The notes under the pieces were generated by a model, which did not search any database, was not told the origin of the DNA, and worked only from the letters and a program-made list of their open reading frames with translations. A DNA stretch of 64,000 nt from an uncultured bacterium (GTDB lineage: Bacteria > Patescibacteriota > Minisyncoccia > Moranbacterales > GWC2-37-73): positions 819 through 64,818 of the forward strand of contig CAILTR010000055.1 of the NCBI GenBank assembly GCA_903837175.1. The letters run 5' to 3'. Numbering within the stretch: the first letter of the stretch is position 1; each line of letters opens with the position of its first letter. A program made the translations under genes and the position numbers. Below are positions 35,086 through 45,729 of the stretch, piece by piece.

Positions 35086-37194
35086 ATGCTACAAGAAAAA
35101 TTAGCTTCTTTTTTCGTTAAAATAAGCCAAAATGAAAAAGTATTGGTCAGATTTTTGCTGGGCATTTCAATTGTGGTTTATTTTGTTTTTGGTTTTTATC
35201 ATCTAGCAAATTTTATTTCAGCAGATGAGCATTTTTGGTTGCCTAATTCTGGTAGTGAGCGCATCCAAGATTATTGGAAGGCAATTTCTAAGCAGGACTG
35301 GAAAGATACGAAGATTAATGATAAGCCTGGAATAACTTTGGCATATACCTCGGGTATTGCCATGCTTTTTGAAAAAAATCCCGGGGGTCAATTGATTTCA
35401 AATGGTGGCACTGTCAAATTATTTAATCCTGAAATAACCAAACGGATTAATTTTCTTTATCGGCTTCCAATCCTTTTGATCAGTGGCTTTTTCTCCTTGT
35501 TCTTTTTCTGGATTATCAGAAAAATTACAAACAATCCATGGATGGCGTTGTTTTCGGCCATGGGAATTTTACTTTCTCCAGTTTTGTTGGGGATGTCCCA
35601 AATTGTAAATCCAGATTCTCTTTTTTGGCTTTTCGCTTCAGCTTCGATGTTTTCTTTCTTTGCTTTTTTACAACATGGTCAGAAAAAGCTAGCGATTTGG
35701 AGTTCAATTTTCCTGGGGTTGGGGTTGGCGAGTAAATACGTGAGTGTGATTTTGTTTCCATTTTTCTTTTTTATGATGGTTGTTTATTATTTCTTTGAGT
35801 TTTTTAGGTGGGATAATCGACAAAAAGATTTTGCAAAAATGGTAATTAGAAATAGTTTTTCTTATTTGGGGGTTTTATTTGGTGGAATGCTTATTTTTGC
35901 AATTCTGATGCCAGCTTCTTTTGTGGAGCCAAAAGTTTTCTACGAAGGTACAATTGGCTTTCCTGGGATGCAACCTATCTTTTGGACAGTGATGATTATT
36001 AATGCGATTTTAATTTTGGATGCTCGCTTCTTTGTTAGTGGCGGTTTTGTCTGGCTAATAAAAAGACTAAAGCCACTCGAGGAAATCCTGCCAAAAATAG
36101 TCTATGCTATTTTATTTGGAACGGTTTTCTTTGTGCTCACAAATTGGCTTTCGAGAAATAGTATTATTGATTTATCTGGCATCCCTTTTAACTTAAAGAG
36201 AAGTGATCTTTTCAGCGAGCTTCCTTATTTTAAAAGATTTATTATGGAGTTTGTTCCGTTGACGTTTGCGTTGACGCCAGTAGCCTTGTTTATGCTCATG
36301 TTTGCTTGGTTTAGGGGCTTTTTAAATCAAACAAAGATAAAAACATTCTCTTTCTTGTTGTCGATATTCTTCTTGATATTTATAGTGGCAGTTATCGAGC
36401 AGGGGCTGCTGATTACTGTTCGATATAGTATTATTTTGTTTCCACTCTCAATGATTATTGGCTCTATTTCCTTGGTGGAGTTCTTTTCTGACATTCGAGA
36501 AAAAAAACTTGATGCTAGGGGGCTCAAGGTTTTTGCATTTGGCTTTTCGCTAGTGCTTATCTTGTTTACTAGCTTGATAATTCAACAGTATTTTCTTAAT
36601 AGCATTTATAAGAATGCTTTCGTCGATAGAGTATATCGCAGTTGGTATGGTATATTGTTTATTTTAGTTGCTACAATAGCGCTTGTTTTTACTTTGCGTA
36701 AAGTTGCTATTAGGAAAAAAATTGCTGACGTCTCAATGGTTTGGATTTTTTCTTTGGTGGCTTTGCTTAATATTGTTAGTATTTCCTTGATAGCACCTTT
36801 TTATTTCAGTTATACTAATAATCTTTTGCCAAAAAATTATATTATTAGTGGTGCTTGGGGCTATGGGGGATATGAGGCTGCGCAATATATGAACAGCTTG
36901 CCAGAGGCAAAAAATCTAACTTTATGGGTGGATGCTTATGGGGTTTGTGAATTTTTTGTTGGTAAATGCATCCATAAAGCTAAAGTGGATACTCAAAAAT
37001 ATCCAATTGACTATTATTTCCAATCCTTGCAATCGACAATTGCTATTAATTTTCCCCATGCGATGGAAAAGAATTCCGTTTGGAGATTAGAGATTGATGG
37101 ACGAGAAAAAAGTTTCTTGAAAATCAGGCAATCAAAACCTCTCATTACTGGGCAATCGGTTCAGGGCGATGCTTCTTCGGTAGATGATAACTAA
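35086..37194 (+). CDS. GT-C fold glycosyltransferase (PMT/ArnT-like)
   Basis: SADEHFW, NDKPG, SQIVNPD, SKY and GAWGYGGYEAAQY motifs; many TMs. Confidence 0.8.
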   Translation: MLQEKLASFFVKISQNEKVLVRFLLGISIVVYFVFGFYHLANFISADEHFWLPNSGSERIQDYWKAISKQDWKDTKINDKPGITLAYTSGIAMLFEKNPGGQLISNGGTVKLFNPEITKRINFLYRLPILLISGFFSLFFFWIIRKITNNPWMALFSAMGILLSPVLLGMSQIVNPDSLFWLFASASMFSFFAFLQHGQKKLAIWSSIFLGLGLASKYVSVILFPFFFFMMVVYYFFEFFRWDNRQKDFAKMVIRNSFSYLGVLFGGMLIFAILMPASFVEPKVFYEGTIGFPGMQPIFWTVMIINAILILDARFFVSGGFVWLIKRLKPLEEILPKIVYAILFGTVFFVLTNWLSRNSIIDLSGIPFNLKRSDLFSELPYFKRFIMEFVPLTFALTPVALFMLMFAWFRGFLNQTKIKTFSFLLSIFFLIFIVAVIEQGLLITVRYSIILFPLSMIIGSISLVEFFSDIREKKLDARGLKVFAFGFSLVLILFTSLIIQQYFLNSIYKNAFVDRVYRSWYGILFILVATIALVFTLRKVAIRKKIADVSMVWIFSLVALLNIVSISLIAPFYFSYTNNLLPKNYIISGAWGYGGYEAAQYMNSLPEAKNLTLWVDAYGVCEFFVGKCIHKAKVDTQKYPIDYYFQSLQSTIAINFPHAMEKNSVWRLEIDGREKSFLKIRQSKPLITGQSVQGDASSVDDN

Positions 37195-37229
37195 GCTCTT
37201 AAAGTATGAGCTAAACAAGAACTAAAAAT

Positions 37230-39044
37230 ATGAATACTATTGCCTCATATCTGAAAAGACCAGCATTCTTACTAAGCATCCCCCTGCTTTTGTATTTCGT
37301 TTTTTCCGTTCATCATTTGACGAAATTTGAAACGGCGGATGAGCATTTTTGGTTTAATGATCCTGCTCATGACAGAATCCATCAATATTGGACTGCCGTT
37401 TCTCAGCATAATTGGATTGCAACTAGAATTAATGATAAACCAGGAATTTCTTTGGTTTTTATTTCAGGTGCGGGTCTTCTTTTTGAGAGAGCTATTTTAA
37501 ACGGAGGCCAAGTCAATGTTCAAAACGTTGAGCGGCTTAATTTTGTTTTTCGCTTTCCTCAGGTTTTTTTTACTGCGTTGGCCGCAATCTATTTTTTTTG
37601 GGCCCTACGGAGAATAACAAAAAAGGATTTCCTTGCGCTTTTAGCTGTTAGTTTTATCTTGCTCAGTCCTATTTTAATTGGGATTTCCCAGATTGTTAAT
37701 CCTGATTCAATGCTTTGGATTTTTTCATTTGCAACTGTGTTGGCGTTCTTTCTTTATCTGCAAGAAGAGAAAAAAATTCATTTGTTTTCAGCTGCAATCT
37801 TTTTTGGAATGGCACTTCTGAGCAAATATGCCGCACTTATGCTAGTGCCATTTTTTCTAGCAATGATCGGTTTCTTTTTGATTTTTGAAGGAACTAACTG
37901 GGATAGGGTTACACTTAAAAAGAAAATTTTTAAATTCTCAATAGCCTATTTTAGTCTTATTTTTGGAGGTTTCTTGTTGTTCTCAATCCTGATGCCTGCC
38001 GTATTAGTAGATCCCATGCTTGCCTATAAGAGCACGATAGGGTTTAAGGGAATGCAATATATTTTTTGGCCATTAATTTTTCTGAATTCTCTACTGCTGC
38101 TTGATTCTGCCTTGAGTGAGAGTCGGTTTGCAGTTTTTTTAATAAAAAAGAGTAATAAGCTCAAAAGAGTATTGCCAAAAATTCTGTATGTATTTTTAAG
38201 TGGCATGTTTTTGCTTGTTTTGCTGAATTGGTCAGTCGGCAAAAATTTTATGAATGTTTTGAGTGTAGCCTTTGATTCAGCGGAAGGATCGAAATATCAG
38301 CATGCTTCCTTGTTCGATCAATTAATGCTCCAATTTAAGCCGATTGTTTTTTCGCTCACCCCACTTGTCCTTGCTAGTTTGCTTTTCCTTTGGCTGAAAG
38401 CGATTTTTAGAAAAATTGAAAATGAGCTGTTAGTGTTCTTATTCTCATTGTTTGTTTTTATTTTTTATGTGGCGGTGATGAGACAGGGGCTGCTTGTTAC
38501 TATTCGCTATGCTATAATTTTATACCCAGTTTTATTTGCGCTGGCAGCATTTGGAATAGCAGAGTTATTTTTATCTGTGAAGAAGTTTACTTTCCCAAAG
38601 ACTATAATTCTTATGGTTATTGTTGGAGTTTCAATAGTTAGCCTTTGGCAAAGCAAGCCGTTTTATTTTAATTATACAAATAGCTTGATGCCAAAAAATA
38701 GCGTCATCACTGGTGCCTGGGGTTATGGTGGTTATGAAGCTGCTCAATATCTCAATAGTCTGCCTGGCGCTGAAAACCTAGTTGTTTGGTCTGATTATTA
38801 TGGCGTTTGTCCATTTTTTGTTGGTAAATGTATGAAAGCTTATGCGCTAAGCGATTATGCCAAGAAAAATTCTTTGGAATCAATTAATTATGCGGTGGCA
38901 ACGCGCAGAGGCAAAAAGCAAAATATAAATATGTGGAAAAAATTTGATCATTATGATATTAAAAAAGCTTGGGCCTTATTTATTGACGGACGGCAGGCAA
39001 ACTTTGTAGAAATTTACAAGAATGGGGGACCCGTTGAAGATTAG
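37230..39044 (+). CDS. GT-C fold glycosyltransferase, tandem paralog of the preceding gene
   Basis: TADEHFW, NDKPG, SQIVNPD and GAWGYGGYEAAQY motifs. Confidence 0.8.
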   Translation: MNTIASYLKRPAFLLSIPLLLYFVFSVHHLTKFETADEHFWFNDPAHDRIHQYWTAVSQHNWIATRINDKPGISLVFISGAGLLFERAILNGGQVNVQNVERLNFVFRFPQVFFTALAAIYFFWALRRITKKDFLALLAVSFILLSPILIGISQIVNPDSMLWIFSFATVLAFFLYLQEEKKIHLFSAAIFFGMALLSKYAALMLVPFFLAMIGFFLIFEGTNWDRVTLKKKIFKFSIAYFSLIFGGFLLFSILMPAVLVDPMLAYKSTIGFKGMQYIFWPLIFLNSLLLLDSALSESRFAVFLIKKSNKLKRVLPKILYVFLSGMFLLVLLNWSVGKNFMNVLSVAFDSAEGSKYQHASLFDQLMLQFKPIVFSLTPLVLASLLFLWLKAIFRKIENELLVFLFSLFVFIFYVAVMRQGLLVTIRYAIILYPVLFALAAFGIAELFLSVKKFTFPKTIILMVIVGVSIVSLWQSKPFYFNYTNSLMPKNSVITGAWGYGGYEAAQYLNSLPGAENLVVWSDYYGVCPFFVGKCMKAYALSDYAKKNSLESINYAVATRRGKKQNINMWKKFDHYDIKKAWALFIDGRQANFVEIYKNGGPVED

Positions 39045-39096
39045 GGGGCGTAATGAATTTATAGAATGAATAATTATTTTTTGTGACTAAAAATAT

Positions 39097-40659
39097 ATGC
39101 AAAAAAACCTACAATCATTTAGGAAATACTTTCTGCGAAATAAATTGCGCTTCAATATGATTATTTTGCTTGCGATTATTATCTTGGGTGGAGTGCTACG
39201 GATGTATGATCTTGGAAAAAATTCTTTTATTGCTGATGAGTATTTGGATATGAATTCAGCTTATGCATACCGAATGACACATGTTTGGCAAGCCTGGGAT
39301 TTTAATTTTGGCAAGCCAAATACAGCAGATGTTAATCAGGCAAGGGATGTGAGAGCTTGGATGTATAAATGGCAAGTTGCGCAGGTTTTCAAGCTGCTCC
39401 CCCCAACGGAAGAAATGGCGCGGTTAGTGAGCGTGTTTTGGGGCTTGGTTAGTATTGCTTTAATATATGGAGTTGCATTCTCTTTTACGAAAAAACGTCA
39501 AATTGGGTTGCTAGCCGCTTTTTTGTTTGCGATAAGTGCGATGGGCATTATGTTTGATAGAAAATTGAGGATGTATGCGATGTTTTATCCAATGTATTTG
39601 GCATTGTCCTGGACTTTGTTTATGGCCTATGAGAAAGCGTATGAAGGCAAGAATAAGCTTGCAAGGAAAATCTGGGAATATTGTAGTGTGAATATCCTTT
39701 ATATAATCCCAACCTTAATCCTCGGGTATGTTAGTTTAGAATTGCAGCTTCTGACTGTAAACATCGCGGCAGCCTTTTTTGGCTTTGTGCTTGTTCAGGC
39801 TGTTCTGCAATGGAAAAAGGAACGGAAAATAACGGCTAATAAATATAGTATTTCAACTCTGCTGATAATTTTTGTTTCGGCTTTTGCAATTAAATTTCTC
39901 CCAGGTATTACTGGAATTTTCGTGACATCGATAAAGTTCTTCATTAATAATGGTGGATATTTTGAAAAAATTCTTTCAGATTATAATAATTGGATGCTGG
40001 GAGTTTTATTTTTTATTGTCGGGGGATATTTTTTGTATCAAAAGGAAGGGAAAAAGAAAGAAACTATTTGGCTCTTGACTTCTATTCTTGTTCCTCTTCT
40101 TATGGCGGCTTTCATGTGGAAGAGAACCCAAGGTATCCAGTATGTTTTTTTCTTGCAATCATTTTTGATTATCTTGGTCGCAACGGGAATATATGCAGTC
40201 GCAGTGTTTTTTGAGAAACATCTTTTAAGCATTTCGAAAAAAGCATATTTGGTAACAATCGTACTGGCTTTATTGCTCCTTCCAAATTACGCTTATTTTT
40301 CAGGTGAGAATAATACTTATCACAGAACAGATGTAGGTGATTATCGCAAAGTTTTTTTGTATGTCAAAAAGAATTTCAAGCCTGGCGACGTGATCGTTAC
40401 CAGAAATTTTAGAAATTATTATCTTTCTGGAATGCACGCCAAAGTCTTTGATTTCGGAGGAGAATCGGCCGTGAATGATTTTTCAGTTGATCAGCTCAGG
40501 CAAGTTGTGGAGCAAAATAATAGCGGCTGGGTAGTACTTTTTGATAATGACACTTTGTTTTTAACTAAAGACGCCAAACTATATCTTGAAAGTAATCTTT
40601 CCAAGACCGACAATGCTGCGGTCAGAGGTCAGGCTACGGTTTATTTTTGGCGAAGGTGA
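39097..40659 (+). CDS. GT-C fold glycosyltransferase
   Basis: LRMYDLG..SFIADE, ARLVSV and RMYA motifs. Confidence 0.8.
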   Translation: MQKNLQSFRKYFLRNKLRFNMIILLAIIILGGVLRMYDLGKNSFIADEYLDMNSAYAYRMTHVWQAWDFNFGKPNTADVNQARDVRAWMYKWQVAQVFKLLPPTEEMARLVSVFWGLVSIALIYGVAFSFTKKRQIGLLAAFLFAISAMGIMFDRKLRMYAMFYPMYLALSWTLFMAYEKAYEGKNKLARKIWEYCSVNILYIIPTLILGYVSLELQLLTVNIAAAFFGFVLVQAVLQWKKERKITANKYSISTLLIIFVSAFAIKFLPGITGIFVTSIKFFINNGGYFEKILSDYNNWMLGVLFFIVGGYFLYQKEGKKKETIWLLTSILVPLLMAAFMWKRTQGIQYVFFLQSFLIILVATGIYAVAVFFEKHLLSISKKAYLVTIVLALLLLPNYAYFSGENNTYHRTDVGDYRKVFLYVKKNFKPGDVIVTRNFRNYYLSGMHAKVFDFGGESAVNDFSVDQLRQVVEQNNSGWVVLFDNDTLFLTKDAKLYLESNLSKTDNAAVRGQATVYFWRR

Positions 40660-40688
40660 GGTTTTTAGAGATTTACTAAAAATGAACA

Positions 40689-42317
40689 ATGAAAAAAATT
40701 TATAATTTTGTATTGAAAAATAGAATTGTTTTAGTCCTAAATGTCATTTTGGCAATGGGAATTTTTGTGCGGGTTTACAACTTTCATGATTGGCTTAGGT
40801 TCCACAAGGACGAGGCGCGTGATGCTTCTATCATAAGGGACGTTATTTCGAATGGTCATGCGTTGCCTCTACTCGGTCCAGTTGTTGGCACGACTGATTT
40901 TAAACTTGGTCCAATCTTCTATTATTTTCAATATGTTTCTGCGAAAATATTTGGCCTTGCTCCGGATGTGTTGGCCTATCCGGATTTGTTTTTTTCAATT
41001 TTAAGTATTCCACTTCTGTATTTTCTGCTAAAAAGATTTTTTTCAAAAAATATTTCATTATTACTAATGGCTTTGTATGCTGTTGATTTTTTTGCTATCA
41101 GATATGCTAGGTTTGCTTGGAATCCTAATTCGCAGCCATTCTTTTTAATGCTTTTTCTATATGCTTTTCTGGAAATTGTTTCAGCAAAGACTGATAAATC
41201 CAAATGGTTTTGGGCGACAGTCGTTGGCATTTCTCTAGGTGTGGGCGTTCAATTGCATATTTTGTTTTTGTTGTCGATACCGGTTATGACACTTATCTTT
41301 TTCTTCTATTTAAGAAGGGAAGGTAAGTTGAATTGGAAGATGTTATTTTGGATAGTATCAATTGCCTTTTTTCTCAATTTGCCAGTGGTTTTTTCGGAAA
41401 TAGGAAGTGGTGGCAAGAATACTCTGGAATTTATCAAGGTTGTTTTTTATGAGCCGCCACAGCTTGGAACCCCAATAACTACCATGCAATGCTTGTCTCA
41501 TGTTAATACCTATATTCTGACTTCAATTGGGGAGGATAATTACTGCAAGACTATTACGAAGAATGACGGTAAAATTCTGGTTGATTTTTTCACGAACGGT
41601 TTTAAAAATATCCTTACAGCTTCCATTGTGTTTTTTAGCTTACTCCTTACTTTAGGCGGGTATGTTTTATTAGGGTATTTCATCAAGCGAGAAGCTAATT
41701 TTGAAAAGAAAATTTTTTTGCATTTTATTTCAATTTTTTTTATAGTCAGTTTTATTGTTTGCTTGTTAGTTCTTAATCCGATGACTATGCGGTACTTTGT
41801 CATCGTTGAAATAGTTCCGTTTATATTCTTAGGATTGTGGCTCAAATACATTTTAGGATTCAAGAGGTTTTGGAAATATTTGATTGCCTTTGTTCTTTTT
41901 TTGTTTTTGTTCGGAATGAATTTCCAATCCATTGCTGCAGAAGTTGAATATCTCAATGGCAGAGCCCCGGAAATGCCTTATGGGGTTATAAATCTTACCT
42001 TAGGAGAGGCTGAACTTTTTTCTAATTTTATTTTCGAGCATGCTAATCATTCCAAACCAGTTTATCTTAATGGGCGAAATGTCAGCCTGGAGAATGTGCT
42101 GGCTGCTTTGGATTATCTCCCAGCTTCTTCACAGCTAAAGATTTCTTCAATTAAGAAGCAACAGACAACGGATGCTACTTTCTTTGCTTTTGGTCCAATC
42201 TCGAACCCTGATTTGGAAAAAAATCTCACTGAAGATGAAAAAAACATTTATCAGCTCAAAAACTATGCTTCCAATGGAAGATATTTTATCATGCAACTTG
42301 AGCGTAAGCAAAAATAA
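40689..42317 (+). CDS. GT-C fold glycosyltransferase (ArnT-like)
   Basis: DEARD, LPLLGP, LGPIFYY, RFAWNPN and QLH motifs. Confidence 0.8.
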   Translation: MKKIYNFVLKNRIVLVLNVILAMGIFVRVYNFHDWLRFHKDEARDASIIRDVISNGHALPLLGPVVGTTDFKLGPIFYYFQYVSAKIFGLAPDVLAYPDLFFSILSIPLLYFLLKRFFSKNISLLLMALYAVDFFAIRYARFAWNPNSQPFFLMLFLYAFLEIVSAKTDKSKWFWATVVGISLGVGVQLHILFLLSIPVMTLIFFFYLRREGKLNWKMLFWIVSIAFFLNLPVVFSEIGSGGKNTLEFIKVVFYEPPQLGTPITTMQCLSHVNTYILTSIGEDNYCKTITKNDGKILVDFFTNGFKNILTASIVFFSLLLTLGGYVLLGYFIKREANFEKKIFLHFISIFFIVSFIVCLLVLNPMTMRYFVIVEIVPFIFLGLWLKYILGFKRFWKYLIAFVLFLFLFGMNFQSIAAEVEYLNGRAPEMPYGVINLTLGEAELFSNFIFEHANHSKPVYLNGRNVSLENVLAALDYLPASSQLKISSIKKQQTTDATFFAFGPISNPDLEKNLTEDEKNIYQLKNYASNGRYFIMQLERKQK

Positions 42318-42346
42318 TAATTTTAATAATAATTAATTTCAAAAAA

Positions 42347-43753
42347 TTGAATAAAATAAATCTCAATAATTTTTCAAAAAAGCTACTAAAATTTAAATAC
42401 CTCAAAAGGTCGATAATGTTTCTCCTGTTACTTGTAGTTATTTTTTTCGCGTTGAGCTTTAGGAGTTATCCATTTAAGCTTATTTATGAAAATAAACAAA
42501 GGTATCTTTTAATAATGTCTCAAATAAAAAAACCTCAAATCCCAGAAAGGCAGTGTAATATTTTGGATTATGGCGCGATTGGAGATGGTAAAACAAAAAA
42601 TACCGAAGCTATTAAACAGGCAATAGGTGATTGCTCGCAAAAAGGTGGTGGGAAGGTTATTTTTCCTGCGGGAAAGTGGCTCACTGGTCAGATTCATTTT
42701 TTAGATAACATTGAACTTTCACTAGTAAAAGACGCCGAAATTAATTTTAGCGATGACCGAAATGATTATTTGCCGTTGGTTTTTTCACGCTATCAAGGCA
42801 TGGAATACTTTAATTATTCTCCGCTCATTTATGCTAATAATTGTCGCAACATTGCAATAACGGGGGAAGGAAAACTTATCGGAAACGGAGTAATGTGGAG
42901 AGTTTGGAGCGATAAGCCACAAGATCCCAATGCGGGAGCAGAGCTTTTGGCTATGGTCAAAGCAGGCGTGCCAGCAGAGCAAAGAATTTTCGGTGAGCAG
43001 TATGGTCTTAGGCCATCCTTCATCCAGTTTATTAATTGCAAAAATATTTTAGTGCAGGGAATTTCAATTGAGGACGGTCCAATGTGGACTATTCATCCTA
43101 TATATTCTGAAAATATTATCATTGATAATGTTAAAATAGATACCTACGGAATAAACACTGATGGTGTGGACGTTGATTCTTCGAAAAATGTGCTTATTAA
43201 AAATTCTGATATTTCTGCGGGTGATGATGCAATTTCAATAAAAGCAGGTCTGGGGGAAGATGGTCTGAGAATAAATAAACCAGCTGAAAATGTCATAATT
43301 AAAAATTGTAAAATGAGAGATGGGCATAGTGGAATTTCAATCGGAAGTGAACTCACTGGTGGGGTAAAGAATATCATTATGCAAAATAACACTTTTGATT
43401 CAACAGAGGATGGTTTCAAGATAAAGTCTTCGCCTGGTCGAGGTGGAATTGTTGAAAATATTTGGCTAGATGGTTCTAATATGTTAGTTAATAGCCATGC
43501 TATTTCTTTGGATATGTTTTATGGATCTAATATTTTGACAAACGGAGAGCAGGAATCAATCTTTAGAAATATTCTTATTTCTAAAACTAATATAACGAAA
43601 GCACAGAATGCTTTTAGCGTAAATTCTTTAGACAAGGATCATATTTATAATATAACCGTGACAAATTTCAAAGCAGTCTCTGGGAGAGGCATCCAGATTG
43701 AAAAAGCGGGGAGAATTGACTTTAATATGCTTAATATAAAGTCAAAACGCTAG
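42347..43753 (+). CDS. Glycoside hydrolase family 28 (polygalacturonase-like), N-terminally anchored
   Basis: GAIGDGKT.NTEAI, NTDG, GDDAI, GHSGISIGS and KIKS motifs; start uncertain. Confidence 0.88.
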   Translation: MNKINLNNFSKKLLKFKYLKRSIMFLLLLVVIFFALSFRSYPFKLIYENKQRYLLIMSQIKKPQIPERQCNILDYGAIGDGKTKNTEAIKQAIGDCSQKGGGKVIFPAGKWLTGQIHFLDNIELSLVKDAEINFSDDRNDYLPLVFSRYQGMEYFNYSPLIYANNCRNIAITGEGKLIGNGVMWRVWSDKPQDPNAGAELLAMVKAGVPAEQRIFGEQYGLRPSFIQFINCKNILVQGISIEDGPMWTIHPIYSENIIIDNVKIDTYGINTDGVDVDSSKNVLIKNSDISAGDDAISIKAGLGEDGLRINKPAENVIIKNCKMRDGHSGISIGSELTGGVKNIIMQNNTFDSTEDGFKIKSSPGRGGIVENIWLDGSNMLVNSHAISLDMFYGSNILTNGEQESIFRNILISKTNITKAQNAFSVNSLDKDHIYNITVTNFKAVSGRGIQIEKAGRIDFNMLNIKSKR

Positions 43754-43765
43754 GAGTGCCGTTGA

Positions 43766-45583
43766 TTATGGGAGTTCCTCTTCTGAAACACTTGATTTAA
43801 TTGTTTCATCTGGAGTTGATTGTGGCGAAAATGGCTTGCTGAGCTTATCCCAGGTCATTAGTTGAGATATTTGTTCTTTTTGAATAGTTATTTGCTTTGT
43901 ATCCTCAGCTTGTCTGGTAGCTGTTATCCTTTCCCTTCTTGGGTTTAAATAAAAAACAGTCAGTGAACCCAGCTCTTTTTTTTCAACAATCAAAAAATCA
44001 TCGGAAATTTTTTTGAGCTGATTTTTATTGATTTGGTTTGTGCGATATATGGAAAAATAGTTAGCTTGCTCATAGACTGAATTTTTTTCAACAGGAATTA
44101 AGAATGGGGTATAATATTTAATTCCTTTTTGATTTAAAAAATACCAAAAAGAGGGTTCGTATTCATGATCACAAGCTAAATATACAGGATATGTGTTATC
44201 GATGTATTTTGAGGCTATGTAATTTGTGACTAGCTGTTCTTGCTGAAGGGTCACTCTTGAATTAGTCGGAAAAACATCTTTCATTTTAGCTGAACTTTCC
44301 GTGGTAGTAGCATTCCTTAAGCCATTAAGGTAATTAAAATCTTTAATTATGTTTGATACAGAAAAGGATGCAATTATTATAATAAAAAAAGATAACCTTT
44401 GTTTATTTTTTTCTGGCTTGATGTTTTCAAGGATTAGCCCAAGTAAAATGAAGGCAAGTGGACTGACTACTAGAAAAAATCTTGGAAAAAGAATATTTGA
44501 AGAAAATATAGCATAGAAATAGAGGAATGAAAAAACAAGCCAAAGTGATGAAAGAATAAGAAAATCTTTACGCTGACCAGCTGGTTCTTTTTTCGTTTTT
44601 CGTATCAAAAGAAAAACTCCAACTAAAAAATAAAGCAGGGCAGTAATTCGAACTGGGAGACGAGAAAAACAGGTTGTTTTGCAAGTCATACCTAGCGTAT
44701 ATCCATCTGGAGTTGATACCCCATTGATTTGATCGTTCCCACTTAGAATGAGAAAATATTCATAGGTGTGGTATTGAGTAATAAGAAAGGCTTTTTCTGC
44801 AAAGTTCTTTCGGTGGGATTCACCTTTGCCTATTTTTTCAACAAAAAATTTAGAATTTTCACCGCTAGTTTTGATTTCATTGGCAATCATTGGGGAATAT
44901 AGCAGAATTACTATGGCAATTGCCAGGCCCCAAGTTTTGAAGTTAAACCTCGGTCGCTTGATAAACAGGAACGAGATTACAATTGCTGGAATAGTGAAAA
45001 AAGCATTGAAATGAATTTGGGTGCTAATGCTAGCCATTAAAACCATTATTAAAAACCAGATTCGCGGGTGCTTTTCATTTTTTGAAACACACCTGAGTAG
45101 GGCATAGAAAGTAAGCAGAATTAAAAATGGTAGCACATTGGGGCTCCAGGAAAAACGAGCATAGAGAATAAGATAAAGCGAAACAGCAAAGACCGATAGT
45201 AATCCAGAAGAAATTAGTACGGAAAAATATCTTCTAATGAATACATAAAAAAGAGGAAGAGTTAAAATGGAAAAAATGAGTACAGTCATGGAATGACCTG
45301 CGGGCGTGTTACCAAAGAGCAGGGCGCTGACGTATTCCATGTAGTAAAAAGCAGGCCCAAGGCGGAGTGCGCGACCTCCTCCAGCCGTTGGCCCAAGCAG
45401 GGGAAGGTTGCTAATTCCGCCAGTCACCGCATTAGAAACAATGTGATAGTCCCAGGTTTGATCAACTTCAAAATGAAGCCATTTGTCATGATTATAGGCA
45501 CGAAATGCTATTCCGATGGCACAAATCGTAATAAGAAAAAGCAATTCCCATTTATGTGGAGCTATTTTTTTAAAAAAAGTCAT
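43766..45583 (-). CDS. GT-C fold glycosyltransferase (ArnT-like), paralog of 40689-42317
   Basis: DQTWD, LPLLGP, LGPAFYY, RFSWSPN and QIH motifs. Confidence 0.8.
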   Translation of the reverse strand: MTFFKKIAPHKWELLFLITICAIGIAFRAYNHDKWLHFEVDQTWDYHIVSNAVTGGISNLPLLGPTAGGGRALRLGPAFYYMEYVSALLFGNTPAGHSMTVLIFSILTLPLFYVFIRRYFSVLISSGLLSVFAVSLYLILYARFSWSPNVLPFLILLTFYALLRCVSKNEKHPRIWFLIMVLMASISTQIHFNAFFTIPAIVISFLFIKRPRFNFKTWGLAIAIVILLYSPMIANEIKTSGENSKFFVEKIGKGESHRKNFAEKAFLITQYHTYEYFLILSGNDQINGVSTPDGYTLGMTCKTTCFSRLPVRITALLYFLVGVFLLIRKTKKEPAGQRKDFLILSSLWLVFSFLYFYAIFSSNILFPRFFLVVSPLAFILLGLILENIKPEKNKQRLSFFIIIIASFSVSNIIKDFNYLNGLRNATTTESSAKMKDVFPTNSRVTLQQEQLVTNYIASKYIDNTYPVYLACDHEYEPSFWYFLNQKGIKYYTPFLIPVEKNSVYEQANYFSIYRTNQINKNQLKKISDDFLIVEKKELGSLTVFYLNPRRERITATRQAEDTKQITIQKEQISQLMTWDKLSKPFSPQSTPDETIKSSVSEEELP

Positions 45584-45729
45584 TTACTTATAAATAAAAA
45601 ATTAATTAATTTGATTACTTATTATCTAGCGTAGTGAGAGAAATGAAAGTACTCTTTCATTTCGCAGCGAGCGACGATAACAAAAGGTTTATTTGCCTAC
45701 GAGGCTTGCCCTGGGGTATTAATACCCTT

